Shown: positions 22,819 to 37,200 of the stretch, one piece after another
How the letters are laid out: every line of letters begins with the position of its first letter
Position numbering within the stretch: the stretch's first letter is position 1
Assembly: GCF_024521635.1 (NCBI RefSeq)
Contig: NW_026250413.1
Span: 496,001-560,000 of the forward strand
Direction: 5' to 3'
Origin: Tricharina praecox
Lineage: Eukaryota
DNA length: 64,000 nt
Program-made: the position numbers and the translations under genes
Notes under the pieces: generated by a model
What the model saw: the letters and a program-made list of their open reading frames with translations, nothing else
Told to the model about the DNA's origin: nothing
The model's database searches: none

Positions 22819-23568
22819 CTACCGTTTCGCATGCTTAACCCTCTCGCACTGCAGCGCCAGGCCTCCGCCACTAGTCTGCCCCCTCGCCTTCCCCAGCAAC
22901 CACTCAGTCACAGTAATCACGCCAGCCAAACTCTCACCGCCATCGCCCTTCTCGCAATTCTCAATGACATGCCGCTTTACCCTGCCAAGCTCATCAAACT
23001 CGAACTCGAAGACCCCCTCGAACTCTTCCTCGCCCTTCCACCGGATCCGCAGCACCTCGCCGGCGAGCATCCGCTCACTCACAACCTCGAGCGTGGTATT
23101 CCGCCCCGGCAGCCGCCGCCACGCTATGGGCGCCGTCCATAGCGCCGCGATGTAGGCCACGCGCCCCCGCACGACCGGAAGGTGCGGATGTGTACTGGGA
23201 AACAGGTGCAGCGAGATGGACGGGCTCAGGATCTCGGTTGGTAAGGGCGAGTGCAGAAGTGTCGGCATGCGCTCTTGCAGCACGCGGATTGTCCGCCCAA
23301 GCCGGATTGTCCGGTCGTCTTCTGGCGGCGAAGAGGAGGAGGAGGAGCTGGATGCGGAGCTGGAGCTGGGGTTGGTGGAGCTGGTGCGTGGTGTCGACGG
23401 AAGGAAGTAGGTATTCGGGAGTGTCGTGGGTGGTGCTGTTGGTGGTGGTGGTGGTGGTGGGGTTGGTGGGGGCACCCGCGTGGATGTGCCGTAGCAGTAG
23501 CAATGCGTCGTTGCAGACGTACTTCCTCCTCTGCGAAGAGACGCACGGAGAGATGGTGGCCTCCACAT
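22819..23568 (-). CDS. Conserved fungal hypothetical protein, probably mitochondrial
   Basis: Arg/Ser-rich N-terminus; block LGRTIRVLQERMPTLLHSPLPTEILSPSISLHLFPSTHPHLP..GRVAY.AALWTAP. Confidence 0.78.
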   Translation of the reverse strand: MWRPPSLRASLRRGGSTSATTHCYCYGTSTRVPPPTPPPPPPPTAPPTTLPNTYFLPSTPRTSSTNPSSSSASSSSSSSSPPEDDRTIRLGRTIRVLQERMPTLLHSPLPTEILSPSISLHLFPSTHPHLPVVRGRVAYIAALWTAPIAWRRLPGRNTTLEVVSERMLAGEVLRIRWKGEEEFEGVFEFEFDELGRVKRHVIENCEKGDGGESLAGVITVTEWLLGKARGQTSGGGLALQCERVKHAKR

Positions 23569-24282
23569 GGTGTATTATTGGGGATTGTGGTGGAATGCTG
23601 TACCCAAAGAACTGTATGTGGGGTTGTTGAAAGCACTAGGATCGACGTCATTCTGGAATTGGTGACGGCCGGGTAGGAATTGGATAAGGGACTTTGTTTG
23701 GCGCTTGCGGCTCTGCGGCTGTGGAGCTACATTGGACATGGCCTGGTTATCTGACCTCAAGATGGCACTCGGAATCTCAGGGCCAGACCACTTTATGAAA
23801 TCGAAGCCACTCCCGCTGGTTTCCAGGACGGATACACACACTGCAAGCTGACCTTCGTCGTCCATAGTATAAGTATACGAGTGGTATCATGTGATCTAAA
23901 AATACACCACGCGGCACACCTATAGCTAAAATATCCACAGCCTTACCTCGGAGATCCCTAGGCATCCATCCTCTCTGCGGAATCTAACGCACGGACGGAA
24001 CCTCAGAACCCACCTGAGCCGAGTCTATGGCCACATTCGATGAAGAACACACATCCATAGCAATAATAGAACAAAAGCAATTACAAGATGAAATAGGTAC
24101 TTTGAAGACACCCGCACCCGCATCCGATCCGACCATACCAGCCCAGCCCAGCCCAGCAGCCAAATGCAAAGAAACTTACAGAAGCAGAAGAAACACAACA
24201 TCGCAAACGAAAACGAAAACCAACCCACAACGCCATGCCTGATTTTTGCTACCACTGCTAGTACCACATGTGACCCTTCCGT

Positions 24283-24667
24283 CTATAGCCTGACGTTGAC
24301 GTCCACGCATGGCAGCCGCCACTCGCGTCTTCCAACCACATTCCGTAGCCACCCGAGGCCGATCCCGGTCCACGGCGCACCGTCGGTCGAGAGCGAGTAT
24401 AGTCGGGGCTCGAACCAGCGGCCATCGTTGGAGTCGAGGAAACAACGGTCGGACCAGTAGCAGCTCGACGAGAACAGCGTGAGCATGATCAAGGAGCAGT
24501 AGATACTATTCTGTGTTAGCGGGAGCAGCGACGAAAAGCAACGGGGGGTTCGGCGTATACCAGGGGCGATGGAAGAGGTATGTCGAGATCAGGAAGAGGA
24601 TTATGAACGCGGGCGAAGCCGACGTTGGGATGAATAGAAGCGGGAGCCAGCTGCGATAACAGGCCAT
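24283..24667 (-). CDS. BLCAP: BLCAP/Bc10-family small membrane protein
   Basis: MACYRSWLPLLFIPTSASPAFIILFLISTYLFHRP|CIYCSLIMLTLFSSSCYW, joined by intron 24506-24560; matches the BLCAP pattern WLLPVLLIP..KPCTIC. Confidence 0.8.
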
Positions 24668-25416
24668 GTCAGTCGGTGCGGCTTGCGGGTTGCATAAATA
24701 AAAACCATGCATTTACATTACGAACCTGCGGAGACAGAACATGACGGGCGATGGGCCGGTCGATGGTCGATGTGACGACGTGTGCAGATGTCGGTGGGGA
24801 AAGGGGTGGTGGGCGGTGTGTTTGACGCGAGGGAGGCGGGGTGAGGATGCGTGCGTGCGGGGGTAGGGCAGCGTTCGCTCGTTCAATGGTTCCGTTCGGG
24901 GGATTTTTTCTCTTGCTGTGGCTGTGACGAAACGTTGGTTGGTTCCGGGCGTCGATGGCAGCATGCCAGCGCAGGTTGATGTCGTTGTCGGCAGGGCGGA
25001 GAACACCACCTCGAAGAGAGGCTCGCGTTAATTGTCGAATGTGGCCTAGTGCCCTACTCACATGTGCGGGTCAACCACGTTCAGCACGCCGAAAACTACA
25101 ACCGACGCTTTGAGTTTGAGAACATCGAACAAAAGCACTTTTCTTTGCAGTCAGTTGATGTTGCTTTGCCATCGAGTTCGGTCACGTGCTTTGGAACATG
25201 GCCAAGCCAACCAACGGCACCTTTTCATTGCAGAGATGTGATGTTCATCATTCATGTATCACCTATTTATGTCCGGCAGCCACCGAAGAGGATATCACAC
25301 GTGTCTTGCCCGTCGCTCTCCATCACACGCATCAACCAAACTAACCACATGCCCAAAACTCGTCTCCCCGTCATTACAGTACATCACGCTTCCTCCCTCC
25401 GACCGAACCGCGTCTA

Positions 25417-28400
25417 CTAGTACGCAACCCTACTCCGCATGTCCGCAATCTTACGCTCCACATCCCTTACTGTCCTATCCAGTTCTCCTGCGATCACCGC
25501 CTTCCGGTCTCTCGGCAGTAGCGAGAAGCGCTCGCAAAGATCTCCATCCACGACTCCCTTAACCGGAACATAGTATCCCCGGTAGATGAGATGGTCCCTA
25601 CCGGTAAGGGGCGCATCGTCGGTCCTCATGTGCTGCTCAAGCGTCTGGAAAAAGTCGACATCCTCCTTGCTGACGAACGGCACCATGAGTCCGATTGTAC
25701 CCTGGAGACCAGTCCACACGATTGCCTCGCGGCCTCCCGCCACAAGCTGCGCCTTCTGCACACTCGTCGGAATGTCCTGTGTAAAGAAATGGGCCATGAG
25801 CTCGAGTCGGTTCGGAGTACCCTGCAGGTAGGAACGTTCGTGCAGAAGGTGACCACCGGCAGGGTCTTCGTCGGATTCTTCCGAGGCCTTCTTCGGGCAT
25901 CGCAGGATCCAGAAGTTGCCAAACTTGTCACCGCCGGCGACAGATTCGTAGTCGAGCATGTGCGTCGTGGTCGTCCAGCGAGAGATCATGTCATCGGCGA
26001 AAGGGATGATTTTGTTGTCTTGGTACTTGTATACCGCATACGTAACCGACTCCTGGATATCTGAGATGATGATTCTCGAACCCTGGGTTTGAAGGCCGAC
26101 AATCAGGTTGGCGGCGATGTCAGCCTGTGTCTTTCGGAGGAGTTGTCGCATTCCCAGGTCGTAGATTTTGAGACTCTTTCCGGTACCAGCAAGGAGACGT
26201 CCCTGGAATCCTAATAGCGCAAGCGCTGGCTCGTCGGTCTTAGTCTTGTGAACGAACTCCAGACCCTTTCCGTCGTCAAGGAATCGGTAGATGTGGATGA
26301 ATCCGCACTGAGACTTCCGTGGGACAACCTCGGAATTCTTTCCAGTGCCAACCACAAGGAAGGTTTGGTCGTCCTGGGAAGCAAACGGGACGATGGCAAT
26401 ACTGTACGCTGCCTCGTTCTCAGTCATCTCAATCTTTTGTGTGACCTCCTTGTTCAACGGATCAATAACGGAGATGCACGATGCCCAGTGCCCTTCTCCT
26501 CGCGAGTAACCAAAGTCTTCGGCGGGAAGGTCGTATGCAGCTCTATCGCCGTTCGGGGCACCATTCGCCTTCTCAATCAAACTCTGCTTTGTGGCGAGGG
26601 AGAGGGTGTTGGGATCCGCTTCAACCGTGTAGAAGTAAGGCTGATCGGGGTGCTTGATCATTTTCCGAGGAGTGTGAGAGAGAGGAATAGTCTCTTGCTG
26701 AAGGTTTTCGGTGAGTCTTTCGACTGCAAAAATCCGCAAGTTCTGGCCCTGAATTCCGACCATTCCTTCCGGACACTGCTCGCTGCTGAAGGTCCAACCC
26801 CATTCCAACGCCGGATAGGTGAGCGGCGTCAGCATGTACTGTCCTCGGCTGTCATTGTAACCTAACCACGGGCGTGAACTCAGGGCCAATACTGCGGGCT
26901 GTCCTTGAACCACTACTGGTGAGATTTTCACCGGCTTTGGTCCAAGGAATCGGGTCCGGGTGTCGGTAAGTTCGCCTGTGATAGTGTCAAGCACGGTCCG
27001 CAGGTAAACACCGCTGTACAATCCGATGTGGAGGTACAACGTAGATGTCTTAGACACTTCGGAGGCAGAGTCCGGCATTGACATGATACACAGCGCCGAA
27101 GGAGCAGATGTCAGAGCCTGTACCGATTTCGACTCCAACGTAGAATCCGGATCCAAGGACAAGATACGAACGGTCGAGTCGTCACATCCAACAGCCAAGT
27201 ATGACGACCGCAACCTCCCCTCAGGCACCTCGCCAAGCGACAGGCACGTTACTGTGCCAGCCATCTCTTTCTTCTCCTCGTACTCGGCAAGCTGGCCATC
27301 CGAGTCCATCTCAAAGTATACGATTTCACCACTGGAAAGGGCCACGGCGACCTGACGGGAGTTGGTCGTCGCCGCCACAATGGATCTGTGTTGCGGAGCA
27401 GGCCACTCGTTAACTCTTCGGTCGGCACGGATATGCCGGATACCTTTGGGGTGGACTTGGAGAAGTCCGTCGTCGCCAAGCTGCTGGACCGCGAGAGTAG
27501 GTGCCGACGACAGAAAGCCGGTGTCTGTCACTTCCTCGACTGTTTCCCCGATGCTCAACACGAGAGTTCCATTATTAAAAGAAAGAATGATATAAGCATC
27601 GAATTCATCACTGCTCGTCAACTTTGTGGTCCAGACGGCACTCGGCACACCTGGAAGCTCCGAAGCCACAATTTCCGTTGTCTCCAATCCGTGCTTCAAA
27701 ATCCGGAAAGTCGAGCGAGCGCCGCCACCACATACCGTGTAGATTTGGGGGGCATCTTCGTCCGTCAAATTCGCAACCTTGCAGTCAAGCAGGGGGTTCA
27801 TGCTGTGCATGGATTCCACCAGGGACAGATTCTCTGGAGCGCGGATTTGGAAATAGCACGGCTGGTATGAGTCCGAGGGGTCAGGCGAAAAATCTTCACT
27901 GTTGAATTCCGCCTCCTCGTCATCATCGCCCAACTTCTCGAACTGGTAAAAGTTACTATAAAGCGTCTGGTTAGCACCAATCCTCACACTCCGGATGAGA
28001 TGATACGTACTGGTTGCCCGTTTCCGAGGCCACAAACAGGAAACCGCTCTTGAGAATAAGCAAACTCGTGGCCACTGGTACGGTATCGAAGTATTTGATT
28101 CTGATTCGCGAAACTCCGATGTCGTCGTCGTAGTCTAGTGTAACCTTGAACAGATCGCCATCCTCCGTCTGCAGCAGAAAGAAAAAGGCGCCTCTCATTT
28201 TGTGCATGACACCCGACACAATGGTTCGTTTCCGGTTCGGATCTTCGGTAGCACCTCTCCTCCTCGGAATTGGCACTCGCGAAGCCAGACGTCCCACGTG
28301 CCTGTAGTAGATGCAATCCTCCGCGCACACCAAGACTCCGGATGGGCCATCAGCCCCCCCGGGAACTTGGAACAGCATGTTTGCACTCCTGTCCACGGGG

Positions 28401-29255
28401 TCCGACCATTTCCGGATAACGTGATTCAATCCCAAATCCAGTTCGTAGTACACCAGCATTTTCTCGATCTCATCGTACGCCTGTCCTGTAGAATCCTGAT
28501 CCGACTCGCCGTACTCTACCTCCAGTGCCGCGAAGACCGGATTCTCGTAACCGACGTCCAATGCCGTCAGCGCGAACACTAAACAGTGAGGTTTGTGAGC
28601 TTCCAGAGGGCTCGAGATTGTAAGCTCTGCCTGAGCATTTCGGTTCAGCACATATACAAGCTTGTTCTTTTCCACCGACGCAATGAGACACGCTCTGCCT
28701 TTCGGATCGCACGCGAGGTACTGTCCGGGGATGACGCGCCGCACGCCCGACTTTCCGAAGGTCTCCAGATGGAGGCGATGGAATCTGTTGACTTGTGGCT
28801 GGTACTCGAGGATCGTGATACGTCCCGAATCCGTACCGACAATGATGTAGTCTAAAGATCATCGCGTTAGCAGGCGCTCCTCCTAGCAAACCAATCTCCC
28901 TGGGCCCCGGTTCCGGCAAATGCGATCTTGCTGACCTTAGACCACTTGCAAAAATCACTAAACTGACGCGGAATGAGGGTTCGAGAGGTCGGGGATGGAT
29001 TAAAAACATACCTTTGGAGCTTCCTGCCAACCTGAAGGCCGCCATGCACCTGATGATTCCGAAGACATCGTGCGTCAGCACCTCGTGGACCTTCCCTTGG
29101 GTGGCGTCTGGTCGGAAGAGCGATAGTCGCGAGCCCTGAGCCACAACTATCTCTTGTTGTTTCTTGCCACTGAAAGAGCCTAGGATTGCCTGCGTCACGG
29201 CGGAGGGCTGCAGAATCGACAGCGAGTACAGGAACATATTCGAACCGCCCGACAT
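25417..29255 (-). CDS. RSE1: Pre-mRNA splicing factor Rse1 / SF3B3 (SAP130)
   Basis: [73 protein letters not shown]; introns 28852-29011 and 27956-28010. Confidence 0.97.
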
Positions 29256-29589
29256 GGTGAAGAAATGCGGCGCACGAACGCGCAATCCCTAAGGTGAAGA
29301 AGGTGAAGGGCTCGGAGAAGATCTGTGATTGCGGGAATGTGACGAGCGTGAGTGCGGCCGGCTACAGGGTGTTCAATGGGGTCGTGAGTAGATCGTGGGA
29401 GCGCGAAGTTGATGGGTGAGCAGCTCCCACGGTGAGAGTGTCTAGGGTTTGTGTGGAATCTGCTTGGGTCCGTGCACCGATTATCGCGATTAGATCTCAA
29501 GATACTCCAGCCAACCAGACGTCATCGAAAGTAACCTACCTGGCACGCAGGAACAGAAGATCGATTCACTCCTCAATCTGTCATTCATA

Positions 29590-31223
29590 ATGCCTCTCCC
29601 TACGCGTGCCGTGAGGACAGTGTGTCGGCTTCCCATACGGTCATCTCTCTCATTTCCACGGATTCCGACGCAACGAGCCGCCACGTGTCCCCTCATCTTA
29701 CGCCGGAAGCTCCATGGCGGCCAACAGCAACAGCACCGACAATCCTTTTTCAATAGACTCGGCGAAGCGCTCAGAAACACGAAGACGGAATGGTACGCGA
29801 TTCCAATTGGTGTCGGCATAGGTGTCGTGGGCTTCACACAGATACGGAAGAACCATTCGCGTAGCAATGAGGATGCCAGTGGCGGGGAAAGGTTACTTGA
29901 GGAGAAGCAGATTCGCCCCATGGGCTCATGGTATTTTCCTCCTACGTTGGCTGTTCCCTACCACACCGGCACTGACTACGGTATAGGCAAGTCCAAATTC
30001 TCTCCACACTCCCACTCAAGGCCCTCTCGTACTATTGGGGCCGCTTCAACGAGATCCCACTTCCTCGTTTCCTCCGTGCACCAGGCTTCAAGCTGTACGC
30101 ATGGTTTTTCGGCGCCAATCTCGAGGAGGTAGCGGAACCCCTCGACCACTACAGAAACCTCGGCGAGTTCTTCTACCGTCAACTCAAACCTGGAAGTCGT
30201 CCGATCGACCCACGCTCCAGCTCTGTGGTCTCCCCCGCCGACGGAAAAGTCCTACAGTTCGGTGAAGTGCGAGCTGGTGGTGAAGTGGAGCAAGTGAAGG
30301 GAATGACATACTCGCTGGACGCGCTGCTTGGTGCACAAGGTGGGCCGATCCACAGCGAAGGTGAATCTCCGAATGCGGCCGCCCTCGTAAAAAAGAAGCT
30401 GCAGGGCAAGGGCGTTGAGCCTGGGGAAACCACAGCACGCTACGGAAAGGGCGGTGACAGCGGCCCCAATGCTACCGTGTACAATTCGGAGGAAGAATTC
30501 GCCAACGTTAATGGCATATCTTACACACTTCCGTCACTACTTTCCGGAAAACCTTCCTCGAAGCCATCCCCGGCCACCCACGATGCGTCCCTTCCCGCCT
30601 CTACCAGCGCCGCCCTCGAGGTTGGCACGGAAGTCGCTAAGCCCTCGGGAACAAGCTGGTTCGCCACGCCGCAAAAGCGTCTCTTCTTCTGCGTCATCTA
30701 TCTCGCCCCCGGTGATTACCACCGCTTCCATTCTCCTGTCTCGTGGGTCGTCGAGCAGCGCCGACACTTCGCAGGAGAACTCTACTCGGTATCTCCCTGG
30801 TTGCAGTCGCGACTGAAGGATCTTTTCGTCCTCAACGAGCGCGTAGTGTTGCTCGGACGCTGGCGACACGGAATGTTCTCGATGACCCCCGTCGGCGCGA
30901 CCAATGTAGGCAGCATCATAATCAATTTCGATCGTGAGCTGCGGACAAACAGCTTCACCAAGGATCCCACCGAGGCAACCGCGAAGAACGGATTCGCCGA
31001 GGCCACATACAAGGGTGCATCTGCATTACTGGGTGGCCATCCCATCACCAAGGGAAGTGAGATTGGAGGCTTCCAATTAGGTAGCACCGTTGTTTTAGTC
31101 TTTGAGGCACCAGCGGTGGCGGCCGATCCAGATGGTCCGCCAGTTCGGGGAGGTTTTAGATTCTGTGTGGAGCCAGGACAAAGGGTAAAGATGGGTGAAG
31201 CATTGGGTGTTGTCGAGATGTAA
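29590..31223 (+). CDS. PSD1: Mitochondrial phosphatidylserine decarboxylase 1
   Basis: LGEFFYRQLKPG, VSPADGK, IYLAPGDYHRFHSP, VGATNVGSI and the FQLGST autocleavage motif; intron 29931-29986. Confidence 0.96.
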
Positions 31224-34200
31224 CCATCTGAAAAAGCAAAGTTGGTACAAAATCATCCACGAAGACTGTCACCTCTATCCGTTCGTGCTGCGTTGCGCTA
31301 GACCATATCTCAGGAAGTGCAAAAAGATCACACTTATTTATGCAATAGTTCCAAGACCCAGTGTTTGTTTCCCCACTTCCGGAGAAAGTGACAAAGTCAA
31401 AATCAAAGCTCCGCCAATCTCTGGCGGAGTCTCGCATCCCCACCTTTTGACTGTGGGGCAAAATACTGGATGCCATCCATAACGATTCAGATGGGATTAG
31501 AACTAGATTTTGACGCCCCAAAGCTTAAAGTATCGGCTGTGATTGGCTCGCAGTAACGCTTTACGTCAAAGTAAGGCTTTCTTAGTTCTCCAGAACCTTA
31601 GGGGCAAGGACTAGATCCGCCGCGACTTCGAGATCAAGGAGTCTCAGGACGGTATGGGGGTTCGAACGCAAATGCAGCCGGTCCTGTGATCAAATTCGTC
31701 CCCGCCCCCCGTCTCCCTCTCCTTCTCACCCACGGTCAACCCACCCCACCGCGCAGGTACGATGGGGCTAAGAATCGCCACATCATTCTGGGAGAAGATA
31801 CAGCTACCTGCTGCAGCTGCCTAGCATAATTGCTTCTTACGTTGACCTCCAATCGACGAGTAGGTCGGACACTTTTCGGAGGCTAGAAAGCTTTAGATGC
31901 GTGGTTCATGTGAGATCACTCGACGACCTTCTGCGGAAGAGAGAGGATGAGGGTGTGGGGAGAAAAAAAAAGCAATTCTGTCGGCATTGACTAAAATGCT
32001 ACTTCCTAAGGTTCTAGACGTTCGTTAAAGTATGTGTACATCTTTTCTCGGAAGAATTCTGCAGATATATGGACGGTAAATAGGTGTGCACGTCGATTCT
32101 AATTCTAGACGTGTCTGGATGCCTCTTTTCAAGACCACCCCTCCCCCTCCACGCAATGGACCATCTCATGGTCATCCAACTCTCCACCTCTTTCCAAGTG
32201 CCCATAAGTAAATACATGTTACAATGTCAAAATAGAACCAGCAAATAGCCGCTAACTCTCGCGTCCCTTCTGTCAACCTAGGTAGGTAGCTCCAACTTTC
32301 AACGTCTTGCTGTTCTTTTTTTTCGGTCCGTCAGTTTTTGTAACAAGGTGATGGACAACAAAGACTCACCCGCAATCAAATACTGGAGGTTTTTACTCTA
32401 TGGGCGTGACATATCGGGCACCAGGGGCGGGAACAGGAGCTGTTGCGCCTTGCTGATGTGGCAGGTGTGGAGTGCACGTTCCCCTAGCGCCTCCGTGGCC
32501 GCCAAAGATCGGCGGAAGCGCCATAGGCGGATGAAGCCATTCCGGAATAGGAGGCGGTACGACGCGGACGGCTTGCAGGGCTGACTGGAAACCCATGGCT
32601 GCGGCGCGCAATGAGATGGAAGCTCGAAAGAAGTAAAGGGCAGAAAGCACAGACGTGGAATTGTCGCTGGAAAGTGCGGATCGAAAGAGTGACCGGTGGA
32701 GGACCAGCGATTTGGACACGGATGTGAGCCCACATTATATCCCTTCCCGTCGACCCGTGAGAGTCAATTGCTGGATCTACGGTGCAAGAACGGTGGTGAC
32801 GCCCGTCCTGCATGCACACCGCTTTCCGTCGTGCAATCTCCATCCGCCACCTACATATCTGAGACTCGAAGGATTGCCAGCGAGCGTAAAGTTAGAGTTA
32901 AAGTAACGCTGGACGATGTTCAATCCGTGAATGATGGTTGGGCGAGCCTCGCAGTGACTACAAGGCTTGATGTCTCAGGGGGGGATATTGGGAGGGTGGA
33001 GGGGTAGTATGCCGCATACCTCCCGGAAGAAGCAGTTGGGAGTTGTGGAAACTCGTCTTGGAGGATTACGAGCAAACTCAGGATAAGTCTCCCGTGTGGA
33101 AACGGCAAATTGGACTGGGGAGGTTCTCTTCGTCATGACGGAAAGGATCGAGACTCGAGTCTCCCCGGGGGGCTCTGCTGCTGCTGCTGCTGCTACTGGT
33201 TTCCGTGGTCCTGCTACCTAGTCAGAAACCTGATATCACATCTCAACATTTGACCAGATAACCCCCCGTAGCGGCGGGTGAAACTGCAGTAGCTCGCATC
33301 TGCACCTGTATGCGCCGGGCCCAGTACGAGGGACTGGTCGGTCCCCAGCGCACGGTAAGCTGGGAAATAGTGGGCCGCATACCCACCACATGCAACCACG
33401 CTTCTTTCCTGTGGTTGGTGGTTGGCAGCGGTGAATTCCAGTCGTTCTGGCCAAGATGTGCCTCTGTATCGAGTTAGAGAGCATGTCCTCCTATCAGGCT
33501 TGAAGCAGATCATGAGACAGTCGCCTACCCACCTGGCCTCCCACACCACCCTTCTGCAGAGCACGGCTTGAGGGGAGGTCTTGATCGCTCTCGTGCCCGG
33601 CACCGGCCACCAGGGATCCGATCTCTGGGTTCACAGATAGAGTATCCCGAGGAATCTGTTCGACGCTGCGGTTGGGGGTATGTAGATGGCGTGTTAGTGC
33701 GGCCCATCGTTGAGAACGAAGTGGTATGATACAATGGTCAAGCCTTCAGCTTGCTTTTTGGCTCGAATACACTCCGCATGCTCGATACTGCATAGCGGCT
33801 GGCAAGTATGTACGCTTACATTAACGCGTCACTGTACGCACTCAGACACCCGCAGCATGACTTGCGAGGGGAGTGTCTATGACAATCAGCCCGCCTTAGC
33901 TTGAATTTTCCTCGGACTTGCTGGCTAGCAGCGGCAAAAGATCCAAGCTGGACCGTTTAGGCGCGGAGGGGCCAAGGATCAAGAATGAGTAGGCAGCAGA
34001 TGCCAGCCGCTCCGATAGTAAAGCGGGGGCAAAGTGAGTGAAGAAATGAAGCTGTATATTTCAGCCGTCACCTTACATCGAGAGTGAAAGTTGTGGACAC
34101 GAACCAGTTGGCCATGGCTAATTAATGGGGGCTGCACTGTTTGTCACTCGTCTATTTTACCGTAACTGTGGGGCCAGGCGTAGGATTGTCCGTTGCCGCC

Positions 34201-37200
34201 CACTGGCACTACAAGGGCCTCGAAAGGTAAGATGCGGGTACTTGCGATAGATCTTCGCTATTGGCTCGCAATTCTTTGCTGCAGCCAATATTGATCCAGG
34301 AGCAGAAGGGGAGGTGTGGAAGATAGCAAGCCAGAAACAGGGGTGGGCAGTTCTCTGTTCACATGGACGGCTTCCGCAGGGTGCGACTGTTCATATTACA
34401 TTCGCCGGTGGATATCCGATGGTGATACCGGACGGCCAGGCGGGACCCGGAAGGTGGGTGAAAAGTGGCTTCCGCCATGCACCATGGGAAGACAGCAAAC
34501 AGACGGTCGCTCAACTATGTATGATGAGGTAGGGGAGGAAGGGAGTGTGATTGGCGTCAGGTAGAGCGATATGCGACCCAGAAACACCATGAAAGTTTAA
34601 ACACAAGGATTCAGAACGACCTGGCCAGGTGGGGGCGCCCGGGTGTAGAACGGGGTCATGCGCTTCCCTTTGGCTGTCCCTTCACTCACATCCAGCAATA
34701 AGTGCTCACCGATACGTAGTCAGTACGCATTCTTCAGCTCGAAACCGACTCTCACGACCACGTATCTTGGATATCAAGACATGCAACAAGCGACGGCCAC
34801 ACTAAGAGTCTCGTATGTATGTACATACATCTGCGTGGCCAATACGGCGGAATTGCAGGCAGGTAGTGGGCGGGCAAGCTCTAGGCTTACTCCGGGCTCC
34901 GTGAGGTATGTGGCTCGGTGATGATTGGAGCTCGACGGAGGGCAAGAAGACGGAAGAAGAGGAGGAGGATGAGGAGGAGGAGGCGGAGGAGGATGGAAGG
35001 AGCTCTTCTCGGGGGGTCCATGTGACTTCATCTTGGGCGATCGACACCTGGGTATCCACTCGTATACTGCGGCGGATATCTCAAACCTGTTGCACGTTCA
35101 GCCTATAATACGAAAGAACCATCATACGTACACGAAACCGGCCGGGTAGCAATGTCAATTATGTGCATAGGTAGCTGGACACCATGTATGTACATTAGGT
35201 ACCTACATATCACGACCGCAGGACTCGCCTTTCTTTCGTGCCCTGCCTTCATACCAATGTACCTCACCCCATTCCGTTCTGGCCAGCCCAACGCCAAAGG
35301 TCTTTCACAGACTCGAAGCCGATGCATTGGTCCGATTAGAGGGGCCCGGAAGCGACGATGCCAGCATCCGGCCGTGCAGTCCGTCAGATACTCGAAGTGT
35401 GTACATGTCGGTATGTCCTTCACCTTGTAATCAAAGGACATAGCCCCCTCGTAGCCTCCACTCCCTCAGGGTTGAGCGGTTGCATAGAGGAATACTGGTT
35501 TGTGTCATAGACGCAAGCCTTTGAATTGCCGTTGGCTGCCGATCCGAGAAACCTTTAACCCTCTGCATAGATCATTACTACGTCCCGTATGGTGTGGCCC
35601 CGGCCTCACCGCAAGACCGATGCCAACGAATGGGAAGCATTCCAGAGCCAACAGAAAGCAAGGTTGCAATATCTACGTACCAAAGTGGAGACGTTTTTTT
35701 CGCGAGGTTGACTTCGAATGAATGTTGCAGTCGTCACGCTAGCAAGGGGGGCTTCATCCACATGCATATCCAGATGGGTGAATATACATTTGCACGGCGA
35801 AACCCCCAATCGGAGAGCCGGCCGGACCGGCGTCGAGCGCAGAAAGGCCCACGAGCGGCGTCATTCCTCAGACTTCTACCCCTCTCCACCCTCCCCTCAA
35901 AAAAAGCCGAGTTCCTCGCAGAGCGGACTGTGAGTAATCTCGGACAGTGGAGGACATGGCCGTGAGGTGTTCGAGCTTGGCATCTGAACTCGAGTCCATG
36001 ACGGTGGATAGAAGTGTTTGATTCTTAGGTATTCCTGTACGTATGTGCGCAACCTGTACAGAGGTACATCGGTACTTGGCTACATACCGGTGCCGATGTC
36101 GTCACGCTAGAGTTGCGCAGGCGCAGCGGCTGAACGGTCGTATGCCGCTGAGAGGGTTTTCATTGCTGCATTCACCCATATCTCCAACAAGCGGTCCGAT
36201 GATTCCTTTACTGGGAAGTTGCAGCCGACATTCGAGGAATCCGTAACAGATGTGGAGCGATATCATCGATTTGTAGTAGTGTGTTCTTGGTTTATTTATC
36301 GGTTTCCTCATCATTGCAACCGACCTTATTATCATAGCAGTGTCGTTAGTCTCGGTTAGGGTTCAGGGCTTTGGCGAAATAAACGAGTGAGATCCTGCTT
36401 ACGCCCAGTGTCCACCGACTATGTATCTAACCCATCTAACCTACCTCTGTGTCGTCTACGTCGTCAACCAGCCGCTCGAGTTCACGCCCTGCACCTAATC
36501 CCACCGCTCCAGGTGCGCGCATTTCCTCCCCAAGCCACGGATATCAGCCGTGATCCGCGCACTTTTAACGCCATGGCCGCTCGCCGGTGGCCAAATGTAG
36601 CTGAAAAGAGCTCCCACCCGACTGACCGGACGCAAATATTGCAGGGCCATGTGTGTACTCTTGGTATCCAAACGCGATAAAGCGATCCCAGTGGTCCGTG
36701 GTCAAGGGGGTCTGGATTGTCTCGCTGCACTCCGCCGCCTATATACGCCATGGTGCTACCAAGCGACTGACTGCATCTCAGCGCCTCGATGCATACAGTA
36801 GTAAAAGAAAGGTGAAAATTCAGTAGGTACCGGATTTTTCTGCGATTCCGTAATAAAGCGGTTGTAGGCGGTAGATATCGGTGCTGTGGTGCTGCATTCG
36901 AATCGTCAATTCCGCCCTGTCGCCGAATTCGTGTGAAAAACGGCAATTCACCACAACGGATTTTCACCCCGCGAGAGATAGAAAATAAATTTACCGGTAC
37001 TTACCGGTATTTCGCTTACAGCCCTAAAAGACTATGGCGAAACAAATCAACCACATAACCGTTCCTGCCTGCTCGGTGGTGGGTCGGGCTGGGAAACCCG
37101 CTACCATGCAGTCCGTTGTGGCGCCACTGATTTTACCCCGTTTTTGTAACTGTACTCAAGCACCTAATTACATCATATAGGCAAGAAGTAACTCTATGTA

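Noticed and set aside
31645-31680. ggggttcgaacgc, resembling a tRNA T-loop
   Set aside because: No cloverleaf or A-box could be built around it.
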